The position numbers were made by a program, and so were the translations under genes. The notes below the pieces were generated by a model. The model was not told where the DNA came from and ran no database searches. It worked only from the letters and a program-made list of their open reading frames with translations. From Thermoproteota archaeon (GTDB taxonomy: Archaea; Korarchaeota; Korarchaeia; Korarchaeales; Korarchaeaceae), in assembly GCA_027491415.1 (NCBI GenBank), contig JAOZFH010000023.1:1-30618 (forward strand): 30,618 nt of DNA. The letters are read 5' to 3'. Shown piece after piece: positions 18,125 to 27,574 of this stretch (positions within the stretch are counted from its first letter, which is position 1; the number at the start of each line of letters is the position of its first letter).

Positions 18125-18315
18125 CGACCGAATTCCCCGAGGATCCGCCCGCGGTGGACTCCCCAGAAGCGTGGTGACGTGAAATCACTAGCCCCCATAT
18201 GGGCATAAGGGCAAAACTATCACCAACTTCCTCTCACAAGCGGTCGCTCGGACCTGAAGTGGCGGATCAATCCATAAAATGGTCCGATGTTTTCTCCTAA
18301 GCCTGAGGCGGACAT

Positions 18316-20964
18316 ATGGCGGAGGATCAGCCGACCCCGGAACGCCCCCAGGTTGACAGGGTCATCAAGAGGGATGGCAGGGAAGTCCCGTTTGACGTCC
18401 ACAGAATTCGACGCGCCATAACCCGGGCGATGCGCGAGGTGAATCAGTACGACGAGAAGAAGCTCAGTCAGGTCGTCGACTACGTGGTCCAAGTCATCAA
18501 CGAGAGCTACAGCAGGGAGACCCCACCACACGTGGAGGACATCCAGGACATCATAGAGTACTCACTCGTGAAGCACGGCCTCTTCCAGGTGGCCAAGGCG
18601 TACATCCTCTACCGCAAGGAGAGGGAAAGGATCAGGAAGGAGAAGATGGCCATCCTAGGGAAGGAGTACGCCGACGAGGTCGACAAGAGGCTCTCCCTCA
18701 ACGCGATCAGGCTCCTCGCCTCGAGGTACCTGATGAAGGACGAGGAGGGCCGCCTTATCGAGGACCCCAAGGGCATGTTCGTCAGGGTCGCGGCCCTCGT
18801 GGTCATCCCCGACTTACTCTACGACCCCAGGGTCTACGACAAGACGGGGGGGCAGCCGGTGCACCCGCGCGAGGACTTCGACCCCGAGGAGTGGGAGGGC
18901 AGGGTCTGCCTCGCGGGAATTGGGGGGCCGGAGTTCGCGTGGAACCGCCACCACTTAGAGAGGATGAAGACGCTGTACGACGAGCTGAACTCCCAGGGCA
19001 AGATGAGGGTTTCCTGGTCCAGGCTCTGGGACATGATCCTCGCTGGAGAGTTCGACGACCACTACTGGGACTTCCTCGAGTACTACCGGCTCATGGCGGA
19101 GCTGAGGTTCCTGCCCAACTCCCCGACCCTGTTCAACGCGGGAACGAGGCTGGGTCAGCTATCGGCCTGCTTCGTCCTAGACATGGAGGACAGCCTCGAC
19201 TCCATCATGAAGGCCGCCGTGGACGCCTCCAAGATATTCCAGAGCGGAGGCGGGATAGGGATCAACTACTCAAAGCTCAGGCCCGAGGGCGACATAGTCC
19301 GCTCGACCAACGGCAGGGCCAGCGGACCCGTCTCCTTCATGAGGATAATCGACGTTATCACCGACGTCGTTAAGCAGGGAGGGCGCAGGAGAGGCGCCAA
19401 CATGGGGATACTGGAGGTCTGGCACCCCGACATCTGGAAGTTCATCGAGTGCAAGAGCAAGCCCGGCCAGTACGAGAACTTCAACATCTCGGTCATGATT
19501 ACAGGTGACTTCTGGGAGGCTTACGAGAGGGATGAGCCCTATCCGCTGATCAACCCACGGAACGGCGAGGTCTGGGGGACCGCCAATCCAAGGGAACTCT
19601 TCAGGAAGATAGCTGAGCTGGCCTGGAAGACCGGGGACCCGGGGGTCCTGTTCGCCGACAACATTAACAAAAGAAATGTACTGAAATCCGCACTGGGTGA
19701 AATAAAATCCACAAACCCCTGCGGTGAGGAGCCTCTATATCCTTATGAGTCCTGCAATCTGGGAAGCATCAACCTCTACGCCTACGTGAGGATAGACGAA
19801 GACACCGGCGCCGCCGAGTTCGACTGGGAGGCCTACGCGAGGGACGTCAGGCTGGCCCTTCGCTTCTTGGACAACGTGATAGACGTGAACAAGTTCCCGC
19901 TCCCGGAGATAGAGAGGCAGACAAAGCTCACAAGGAAGGTCGGGCTGGGCCTGATGGGCCTGGCCGATGTGCTCTTCGCCCTCGGGATCCCCTACCACAG
20001 CGAGGAGGGCTTCGAGTTCATGCGCGTCGTGGCCGAGCACCTCACGTACCACGCCCTCGAGGAGTCGACTCGGCTGGCCTCGGAGAGGGGGACCTTCCCG
20101 CTCTATGAGCGCTCAGGATACGCCAGGGGCGAGTTCCCGGTCGAGGGCTACTACCACCCAGAGTGGTGGACGCTCGACTGGTCAAAGCTGGCCCGGGAGA
20201 TATCCGAGAGAGGAGTCAGAAACGCTGAGGTCACGACCATAGCCCCGACGGGCTCGATCTCAATGATAGCCGACGTCTCCTCCGGGATAGAGCCGCAGTT
20301 CGCCCTAGTCTACGAGAAGAGGGTCAGCGTGGGGCAGTTCTTCTACGTCGACAGGGAGTTCGAGCGCCAGCTGAAGAGGCTCGGGCTCTACAGCGAGAGG
20401 CTGCTGAAGGAGGTCGCCGACAACGGCGGGTCGGTCCAGGACATCGAGGAGATCCCGGAGGATCTGAGGAAAGTATTCGTGGTGGCCTACGACGTGCCCT
20501 GGTGGGACCACGTACGCGCCCAGGCCGAGATAACCAAGTGGGTCTGCGCCGCCGTGAGCAAGACCATCAACATGCCGAACTGGGTCACGGTCGATGACGT
20601 GGAGAAGGCCTACCTGTTCGCCCACAGGCTGGGGCTGAAGGGCCTCACCATATACAGGGACGGGTCGAAGGCGGCCCAGGTGCTCGTGACCCCCTCTCAG
20701 AGGAGCGGAGAGTACGTCCTGGACGTCTCCAACGAGACCCTAGACATCATGAGGTCCCTCGGCATAGAGCCCCCGCCCCGGCGGAGGGCGCCCCCAGAGC
20801 AGGCCCGGGGTCAACAAGCGACGTCAGCCGTGTTCAGGCCGCCTCCCAGGCCCAGCTCGAACCACTTCGAGGTCTGCCCAGAATGCGGGAGCAAGAGGCT
20901 GGTGCACCGCGAGGACTGCGTCACCTGCCTGGACTGCGGCTGGTCCGCCTGCGTGGTGACCTGA
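18316..20964 (+). CDS. nrdJ: Class II (adenosylcobalamin-dependent) ribonucleotide reductase with N-terminal ATP cone
   Basis: VIKRDG ATP cone; PNSPTLFNAG, QLSACF, NPCGEEP, IAPTGSIS, SKTINMP and KGLTIYRDGS motifs; C-terminal CxxC/CxxC. No intein visible. Confidence 0.96.
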   Translation: MAEDQPTPERPQVDRVIKRDGREVPFDVHRIRRAITRAMREVNQYDEKKLSQVVDYVVQVINESYSRETPPHVEDIQDIIEYSLVKHGLFQVAKAYILYRKERERIRKEKMAILGKEYADEVDKRLSLNAIRLLASRYLMKDEEGRLIEDPKGMFVRVAALVVIPDLLYDPRVYDKTGGQPVHPREDFDPEEWEGRVCLAGIGGPEFAWNRHHLERMKTLYDELNSQGKMRVSWSRLWDMILAGEFDDHYWDFLEYYRLMAELRFLPNSPTLFNAGTRLGQLSACFVLDMEDSLDSIMKAAVDASKIFQSGGGIGINYSKLRPEGDIVRSTNGRASGPVSFMRIIDVITDVVKQGGRRRGANMGILEVWHPDIWKFIECKSKPGQYENFNISVMITGDFWEAYERDEPYPLINPRNGEVWGTANPRELFRKIAELAWKTGDPGVLFADNINKRNVLKSALGEIKSTNPCGEEPLYPYESCNLGSINLYAYVRIDEDTGAAEFDWEAYARDVRLALRFLDNVIDVNKFPLPEIERQTKLTRKVGLGLMGLADVLFALGIPYHSEEGFEFMRVVAEHLTYHALEESTRLASERGTFPLYERSGYARGEFPVEGYYHPEWWTLDWSKLAREISERGVRNAEVTTIAPTGSISMIADVSSGIEPQFALVYEKRVSVGQFFYVDREFERQLKRLGLYSERLLKEVADNGGSVQDIEEIPEDLRKVFVVAYDVPWWDHVRAQAEITKWVCAAVSKTINMPNWVTVDDVEKAYLFAHRLGLKGLTIYRDGSKAAQVLVTPSQRSGEYVLDVSNETLDIMRSLGIEPPPRRRAPPEQARGQQATSAVFRPPPRPSSNHFEVCPECGSKRLVHREDCVTCLDCGWSACVVT

Positions 20965-20973
20965 GACTGGGCG

Positions 20974-21543
20974 GTGTCCGCCTTGAGGAGGCGAGAAGGT
21001 TCGAGGAGGGGGGCGAGGTCCGGCGCCTTAGGTCTGGTCCACGTGTACACGGGCGACGGTAAGGGAAAGACCACGGCGGCCTTTGGGCTGGCCATGCGGG
21101 CCGTCGGCAGGGGGTGGAAGGTACTCATCATCCAGTTCCTTAAGGCGAGGGAGTCCGGAGAGGTCCTGGCGGCCGAGAGACTAAGGCCCGAGCTGGAGGT
21201 GAGGAGGTTCGGGACAGAGAGGTTCATAGATCCGAGGCACCCCAGAGAGGAGGACCTGGCCGTTCTGCGGGCCGGCCTCGAGGAGGCCAGGAGGTCTCTG
21301 GCCTCCGGCGACTACCGTCTGGTCGTACTAGACGAGATAAACGTCGTCGCCCACATGGGGCTGATTGGCGAGGACGAGATCCTAGAGGCGATCAATTCGA
21401 GGGCGGAGGGCGTTGAGGTGGTCCTGACTGGCAGGTACGCGCCTAAGTCTTTCATAGACGTGGCCGACTACGTGACGGAGTTCAGGGAGGTCAAGCACCC
21501 GTTCAGGAAGGGCGTCCAAGCCAGGGAGGGCATAGAATTCTGA
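20974..21543 (+). CDS. cobO: Corrinoid adenosyltransferase (CobO/BtuR/CobA type)
   Basis: YTGDGKGKTTAAFG, QFLK, LDEIN, VLTGRYAP and KHPF..G..AREGIEF motifs. Confidence 0.95.
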   Translation: MSALRRREGSRRGARSGALGLVHVYTGDGKGKTTAAFGLAMRAVGRGWKVLIIQFLKARESGEVLAAERLRPELEVRRFGTERFIDPRHPREEDLAVLRAGLEEARRSLASGDYRLVVLDEINVVAHMGLIGEDEILEAINSRAEGVEVVLTGRYAPKSFIDVADYVTEFREVKHPFRKGVQAREGIEF

Positions 21544-21640
21544 GGCCCGCCAGGGGTCTGAGCGAAACTTAAAAGCCTAGACATGGTTTCGCGTCAAAAA
21601 GAGGAAGGGTAGGGGCCAGCCGTTCCCCCCCCGAGGCCGC

Positions 21641-22377
21641 TCATGGGCGGCCGGAGCGACCGCTGCCCCAGGCGGGGCCAGCCTCCATGGGTGAGCTTAC
21701 GATCTCGTTGTACTCGTCGACCGGGAGGACTTGGGGATCGTAGGTCACCCCGTAGCTCTTGAGCTGGGAGGTAAATGCCCTCAGGTGGTTCCTGGAACCC
21801 TTCATGAGGTTCTCGTAGACCATTATGATGTCCTGGTTGTTGGTCTTCGCGATCCACGACTTCAGATCCTCGATGTCTACCTCCTCTATGAGCGCGCCGA
21901 CCTTCAGGGCGTCCACCATGGACTGGCTGCCCTGGGAGACGAGCTGATCGTAAAGTGCCTGGAGGTCCGGATTCGTGAAGACACCCACCTCGTCAGATGC
22001 GGGGTCTTGGGGGCCGTACCTGTCCAGGAGCGTCTTAACGGCGTTCATGTGAGTCTGCTCGGATCTGGCGATGTTCTGGAATATGGGGAGGCCCCACTTC
22101 TCGTAGAGCGTCAGGTAAACGTCTCTAGCGAGCTCCTCCTCCTCTCTCATGTACAGCAGTCCTTGGATCTCCCCTCGGCGAGTTCTCCTGGAGGTATCGA
22201 GTTAACCAGGCTTTCCAGCTCCTCGATCTGAATGGACATTGTCCCCGTCTCGTCGCCCGTCAGGATCTCCCCGCCGGTGACGGGCTCGGTCTGACCGTGA
22301 TGCTGGAAGGCGTAGTATGCGCCGGCCACCGCCACCACGGCGACCAGCGTGACCGCAACAACGACCTTGGCGCCCAT
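21641..22377 (-). pseudogene. Exported ferritin-like DUF2202 protein, split by a 1-nt frameshift near 22172
   Basis: The signal-anchor ORF (22147-22392) joins EIQGLLYMREEEELARDVY...SEQTH...EE.DI...GSRNHLRAF if one G is added to the GAGGGGAG tract. Confidence 0.8.
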
Positions 22378-22516
22378 ATAACACCACCGCATGCCTCACC
22401 AAGCCCTGAGAAAATAAAGGTCCCGAACAAATTGTTCACTTCGTTAACTCGAACTGAGACCCAGAGTTCCCGTTGATAAGTTGAGATTAATTGAGCCAAA
22501 TATGCGAAATATGAAA

Positions 22517-23216
22517 TCAAAGCTTTAACGAGTTCTCTCGGGCTTCCAGGTCATCACTCGGCCCCACGCGCCGCGAGACCACCCTGCCCGTCAGGAGGAT
22601 CTCCTTCAGCGCACTCTCGGCCCACTTCCGAACCCCAAACCCTCAATCCTCTTTACGGTGGTTTGGACGTCGTACTCGATCCTCCTGAGGACGACGGACT
22701 CCTACGCGATCAGCGCGTAGGATGCCAAGGGGACGGACGCCGTCCCTCGGCTGCCCGACCGAACCGGGGTTCACCACCCTGATGTCGCCCACCTGCTCGT
22801 TCACCTGTACATGGGTGTGTCCTAGGAGGACGAGCTTCGCCTTAATCGGCCTGTCCCCTAGCGGGGTGGCCTCAGTCAGGGCCCGCCTCTTCTCGACCCC
22901 CTGGGCGCGCGCCAGTCCAAGCCCCTCCTCGAGAGGTTGGGAGCGTGACCTTCTCACGAACGTACTCGCTTAGCCTCCAGAGGTCCTCCCTGCACCCGCA
23001 TCCGACCCCCGAAGGCGACTGCAGCGTCGTGATTTCCCATCAGAGCGACGCTCGGATCGAGGCTCCTCAGGAGGTCCACGACATCTCCCGGGTCCGGCCC
23101 GTAGTCTACGGCGTCTCCAAGGAAGACGACCTCCTCCCAGCGCTCAGACTCGAGCACCGCCTTCAGCGCGGCCGGGTTGGCGTGGGCGTCGGAGATGACC
23201 AAAACAAGATCTGCAT
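22517..23216 (-). pseudogene. Decayed YfcE/MJ0936-type metallophosphoesterase
   Basis: SDAHAN, LGDAVDYGP, GNHD, GHTH, NPGSVGQPRDG and RIEYDV motifs are spread over different frames, with several frameshifts. Confidence 0.85.
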
Positions 23217-23291
23217 AAGCTCTCTCCTCCCTTCGGTGAGGTGACTCACGTAATATAGGGAGCCGCGGCGGAGAACGAGAGGGGGCACGCG

Positions 23292-24629
23292 CTGCGGTAC
23301 GACACGGTGATCGTGAGGTACGGGGAGCTCTGGACTAAGTCCGAGGTCACGAGGAGGAGGATGGAGTCCGCCCTCTTGGACAACATCAGGGCGGCCCTCT
23401 CCGATCTCGAGTTCAGAGTCCGGAGGTGGAGAGGCAGGATATTCGTCGACTCGCCTCACGCCGAGGCCGCTGCGGACCGTCTCTCGCGCGTTTTCGGGGT
23501 CGTGTCTGTGAGCCCGGCCGCGACGGTGGAGAAGGACCTGGAGTCCATCTCCCAGGCCGCGCTGGCCCTCGCGAGGGGGAGGATAAACCCAGGAATGTCG
23601 TTCGCCGTCCGAGCCCACCGGGCCGACAAGAGGTTCCCCCTCACGTCTCCCGAGATCCAGAGGAAGATTGGAGGGAAGATAAAGGCTGAGACTAGAGCCA
23701 AGGTTGACCTGAAATCGCCCGATGTCGAGATTTGGATCGAGATATCGGACAGGGCGTATGTCTACGATCGGATCATTAGGGGGCCGGGGGGCCTGCCCTA
23801 CGGGACTCAGGGGAGAGCCGTCATGCTCTTCTCCGGCGGGATAGACAGCCCCGTCGCCGCCTGGATGGTGGCCAGGCGAGGGGTCCGGCTGGACTTCCTC
23901 TTCTTCAACCCTGGCGTCCCGGAGGCGGAGGCACATGCTTACCGCGTCTACAGGTACCTCAGGGACCGGTGGTACGTGAGCGGGGAGTTCTATGTTTACG
24001 ACGGCTCAGAGGTCGCGTGGCAGATCCTGAGCAGGGTGAGGGAAGGCCTTAGACAGGTTGTCCTCAAGAGGGTTATGTACCGACTGGCGCAGGAGCTGGC
24101 CCGCAGGACGGGGGCCCTGGCCATCGTGACGGGCGAGAGCATAGGCCAGGTGTCCTCCCAGACTCTGACCAATCTAGCGGCGATAGAGGAGTCCGTTGAG
24201 ATCCCTGTGATCAGGCCGCTGGCTGGCTTAGACAAGGACGAGACCGTGAGTTGGGCGAGGAGGATCGGGACATACGACCTCTCCATCCAGATCAGGGAGT
24301 TCTGCTCGCTTGAGAGGCACTCGAACGCGTCGGCGACGCTCGAGGAGGTCGTCAGAGAGGAGGAGAAACTCAAGTTCGATCCCTCAAACGCGGAGTTCAG
24401 AGGACACCTTCCCGCTCCCCGAGATAGGGCCCCGCCACCGGCTGGCGTGGTCGTGATAAACCTCGAGAGGGAGGACGTGAGGCTCGACGAGTTGAAGCCG
24501 GAGACGCCTTACGTGTTCGTCTGTCGGGCCGGGGTGTCCGCCAGGCTGTACGCCGAGAAGGCTCGGGAGAGGGGGATAGAGGCCTATGCCCTGAGCGAGG
24601 AGGAGGCCAGGGAGCTGGGTTTGCTCTGA
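23292..24629 (+). CDS. thiI: tRNA 4-thiouridine synthase ThiI with a C-terminal rhodanese-like domain
   Basis: IVRYGEL, THUMP domain, GPGGLPYGTQG, SGGIDS PP-loop, GES.GQVSSQTL.NL, RPL and FVCRAG motifs. Start is CTG 23292 or GTG 23307. Confidence 0.93.
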   Translation: MRYDTVIVRYGELWTKSEVTRRRMESALLDNIRAALSDLEFRVRRWRGRIFVDSPHAEAAADRLSRVFGVVSVSPAATVEKDLESISQAALALARGRINPGMSFAVRAHRADKRFPLTSPEIQRKIGGKIKAETRAKVDLKSPDVEIWIEISDRAYVYDRIIRGPGGLPYGTQGRAVMLFSGGIDSPVAAWMVARRGVRLDFLFFNPGVPEAEAHAYRVYRYLRDRWYVSGEFYVYDGSEVAWQILSRVREGLRQVVLKRVMYRLAQELARRTGALAIVTGESIGQVSSQTLTNLAAIEESVEIPVIRPLAGLDKDETVSWARRIGTYDLSIQIREFCSLERHSNASATLEEVVREEEKLKFDPSNAEFRGHLPAPRDRAPPPAGVVVINLEREDVRLDELKPETPYVFVCRAGVSARLYAEKARERGIEAYALSEEEARELGLL

Positions 24630-24646
24630 AAAGTCCGCCTCTGCCT

Positions 24647-25102
24647 CTAGACCTGAATGTCCTCCGCGGAGATCACTATCTCCGGATCCAGGTCCCGACT
24701 ACCCAGCTCCTCCAAGAGCCTCTTCAGCGACCTGTCCTCCGACAGGAACTTCCCGCCGATGGCCACGGCGCAACCGTAGCCCAGGCAGTCGAAGAGATCC
24801 CTGTGGCCGGCCAGCCTGAGTTCAGCGGCCACGAGCAATTGCCTAGGCGTTGGCTCCACCAATCTCACATCCACTTGAGTTAGAAGGGCGTGAAGAGCCT
24901 CAATCGCCTGAGGAGGGACTTCACCGATCCCCCGCCTCTCAGCCTCCCTCAGGACCTTTGCCCATAGCTCTGAGAGCATCAGAACGGGATAGAAGAGTTC
25001 GTGCCTTCTCCTGAGAGCCGCAACCCTCTTCTCGTCCACTCCCCTGACCGCCACCCCAAAGAATGGTAGGAGGTACGTGGTGTCCAGGACGAGCCTAGCC
25101 AC
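24647..25102 (-). CDS. vapC: PIN-domain toxin (VapC)
   Basis: LVLDTTYLLP, GHRDLFDC and LSED motifs. GTG 25102 has a GGAAGG SD. Confidence 0.85.
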   Translation of the reverse strand: MARLVLDTTYLLPFFGVAVRGVDEKRVAALRRRHELFYPVLMLSELWAKVLREAERRGIGEVPPQAIEALHALLTQVDVRLVEPTPRQLLVAAELRLAGHRDLFDCLGYGCAVAIGGKFLSEDRSLKRLLEELGSRDLDPEIVISAEDIQV

Positions 25103-25340
25103 CTTCCATCTCCCTCGAGAACTCCTCCGACTCGGCCTCGAACTCCTCGACACCTGTCTCAGCCCACTTCTCCCTCTCTACAAGGAGCCTCTGGATCGGC
25201 CTGAGTACTATTTGACCTCCCTCGACCCTGAGTATGAGGAGGTCGCCCTCGGCTATGTCCAGCTCTCTGGCGACCTTCGACGGGATATATAGGGCCCTCC
25301 TCTTCCCGACCCTCACCAGCACCCCCTTGTCTGACATCAT
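25095..25340 (-). CDS. vapB: AbrB-family antitoxin (VapB)
   Basis: VRVGKRRALYIPSKVARELDIAEGDLL motif, acidic tail; TTAATATA about 28 nt upstream. Confidence 0.87.
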   Translation of the reverse strand: MMSDKGVLVRVGKRRALYIPSKVARELDIAEGDLLILRVEGGQIVLRPIQRLLVEREKWAETGVEEFEAESEEFSREMEGG

Positions 25341-25353
25341 CAATCTGATGTCA
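25332..25353 (-). promoter_or_regulatory. Inverted repeat over the start of vapBC module 3
   Basis: TGACATCA-N6-TGATGTCA overlaps the ATG. Confidence 0.55.
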
Positions 25354-25565
25354 TGAGTCTGTAGAGGATATATTAAGGCGGGAGTCCGTCGGGCGGGCGG
25401 CGAGACTCCTCGCACCTCAAGGGAATCTAAAAAGCCCACAAGGTGAGACATCTGTGGCATCCAGACGACAGGGGCCGCCCCAGAGATCCTGAGATCCTGT
25501 GTAGAACCGGTCTAGACCTAAACCCTCTCCAGGAAGCTTTTTTATCCCAGACAGCCTTCCATCAC

Positions 25566-26372
25566 TTGCCTCACGGGTCAGACTGGGTCCCTGAGCTATT
25601 CCTAAGGCGACCCGAGCTCTTCCTGCGGGTAATGGAACGAGAGGAGATGCTGCAGAGGGGGGAGAGGCTGGCCAAGGCGATCGCCGACCTGTTGAGGGAG
25701 AGGGGGATGGAGGGGGCCAGGCTCCTCGACGTGGGGTGCGGGATAGGGAGAGTTGCGATTCCCCTAGCCAGGCTTGGGTTCTCGGTGGTAGGCTTGGACA
25801 TCTCTCCGCTCTACGTGCAGAGGGCTATGGAGAGGGCTGATAGGGAGGGCGTTGCTGAGTCAACCCGCTTCTTGGAGGGGGACGCCAGGTCCATGGTCGA
25901 TGTGCTCGGAGAGCACTCCCCGTTCGACGCCGCGCTCTTCGTCTGGACCTCCGTCCTGGGATACTACGACGAGGGGACCGACTTTGAGGTCCTGAGGCAG
26001 GCCAGGAGACTAACTAGGCGGGGTGGGCTGCTGATAGTGGACACGGCGAACCAAGACCACACGGCATTCGCCGCGTCGTTCTGCGGGCGTTCGCTCTTCT
26101 CTGATTTCGGGGGCTTTGCTGTGGTCGAGGAGAGCGAGTACGACCCCAAGAGATCCCGCGTCAGGACAAAGTGGACCTACTACGAGAGGCGGGGGAGGGA
26201 TCTCAGGTACGTTGGGGAGGCCGGGTACGACGTAAGGGTTTACGCCCTGCACGAGCTTGTCGCCCTAGCAGAGCGCGCCGGATGGAAGTTCCAAGAGGCG
26301 TTCAGGAACCTCGAGTTGAGGACACAGTTCAGACCGGTTGGCCCCCTAAATGCCATCTTCGAGGCAGTCTAA
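25566..26372 (+). CDS. Class I SAM-dependent methyltransferase
   Basis: LLDVGCGIGR, VVGLDISP, EGDAR and GGLLIVD motifs. TTG 25566 chosen because TTTTTA lies about 25 nt upstream. Confidence 0.9.
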   Translation: MPHGSDWVPELFLRRPELFLRVMEREEMLQRGERLAKAIADLLRERGMEGARLLDVGCGIGRVAIPLARLGFSVVGLDISPLYVQRAMERADREGVAESTRFLEGDARSMVDVLGEHSPFDAALFVWTSVLGYYDEGTDFEVLRQARRLTRRGGLLIVDTANQDHTAFAASFCGRSLFSDFGGFAVVEESEYDPKRSRVRTKWTYYERRGRDLRYVGEAGYDVRVYALHELVALAERAGWKFQEAFRNLELRTQFRPVGPLNAIFEAV

Positions 26373-26436
26373 GCGGCGCGGGAACGATGGGCGAATCCAG
26401 CAGGGGGCAGGCCCTCGGGAGGAGGCGCGTGTAAAC

Positions 26437-27510
26437 TCAGGGGATTATCTCGGTCGTGTTGTTGAACCCGGGGTAGTCCACCTCACGCCGGCGGATCACG
26501 CCCGCCTGCAGGAGTTCCTCGACCTCGGGCGCGACCCCCAGGACCTCGTCTATGAGGTGCCTGGTGAGTTCACAGACCTTTCTGAACCCTTCATCCCCCC
26601 ACATCCTCTCCCTGTATGCGTAGAGGCACCTCCCACCGCAGTACCTGTAGTAGGGACAGGATGTGCACGGCTCACCTATGAGAACCGAGTCCCTCAGCTC
26701 CTCCGGACCTCGGACCCACCCCACCCTGCCGACCACCGCCCAGCTCTCCTGCACCGCTATTGGGCAGGCGAGTATCCTGCCATCTGTGGAGATCGCGAAG
26801 GCGTCCCGGCCGGCGCCGCAGGGCAGCCTGAATCCTCCACCGAAGAGCCTCACCCTCAGCACGCCGAGGATCGGCACTATTCCGAGCACCCTGCCCCGGC
26901 GGGCCTCATCGATCCAGAGGTCGACGAGCCTGCTCAGGCCCTCCTTGTACCGCCTCGCCCAACCGTCGAAGTCCTCCCACCCGTCGCTCCACACCACGTC
27001 AAGCTGCCAGTGGACGTGGTCGAAAAGCCCAAGTTCCAGGAGGTGCGTCACGTCCCTGTACACATCCCCCCGCTCCGAGAGGGCCATCCGTGCGATCAGA
27101 TCGCCAGAGAACCCGACTCGCCTGAGCCACTTGGCGGACGCGAGGACGGAATCGTAGACGCCCCTCCCCCGGTAGAAGTCCGTCACCTCCCTGACGCCGT
27201 CGATGGACAGCAGCACGGCGTCGAACCTCCTCCAGTACTCAGGCTCGAGGGACCTCACCAAGATGCCGTTGGTCTGAATGACGAACCTCCTCGCCCTGAC
27301 GTTGTCCATCACCATCCTGATGAACTCGGGGTTTAGGAGGGGCTCCCCGCCGTAGAACGCGACCACCGCATCTGGATCCGATTCCACCAGCAGCCTGAGG
27401 TCCTCGAGCTCGTACTGGACCTCCCAGGGCACTATCGCTGGCGGGAAGCTGCCCCAACAGTACTTGCAGCTCAGGTTGCACCGCCCGGTGGTGAGCACGA
27501 TGTAGAGCAC
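26437..27510 (-). CDS. Radical SAM/SPASM enzyme, resembling the AF0577 (TIGR04084) family
   Basis: CNLSCKYC, FYGGEPLLN, QTNG, PCGAG, ACP, CTSCPYYRYCGGRC and C-terminal TTEIIP. Confidence 0.88.
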   Translation of the reverse strand: MLYIVLTTGRCNLSCKYCWGSFPPAIVPWEVQYELEDLRLLVESDPDAVVAFYGGEPLLNPEFIRMVMDNVRARRFVIQTNGILVRSLEPEYWRRFDAVLLSIDGVREVTDFYRGRGVYDSVLASAKWLRRVGFSGDLIARMALSERGDVYRDVTHLLELGLFDHVHWQLDVVWSDGWEDFDGWARRYKEGLSRLVDLWIDEARRGRVLGIVPILGVLRVRLFGGGFRLPCGAGRDAFAISTDGRILACPIAVQESWAVVGRVGWVRGPEELRDSVLIGEPCTSCPYYRYCGGRCLYAYRERMWGDEGFRKVCELTRHLIDEVLGVAPEVEELLQAGVIRRREVDYPGFNNTTEIIP

Positions 27511-27574
27511 GTCGCCCGGTCCTGTGAGACCCCAATGTTAAACTCTCTCCACACCCCAGCGAGTCTGAAACTCC

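Noticed and set aside
18125-18315. Cobalamin riboswitch or NrdR box upstream of nrdJ
   Set aside because: No B12-box seen; only short palindromes such as CCCATATGGG, a poor fit to the NrdR consensus.
18800-19080. Insertion in NrdJ considered as a mini-intein
   Set aside because: No C/S start with a terminal HN-C/S/T splice motif; it looks like an ordinary lineage-specific insert.
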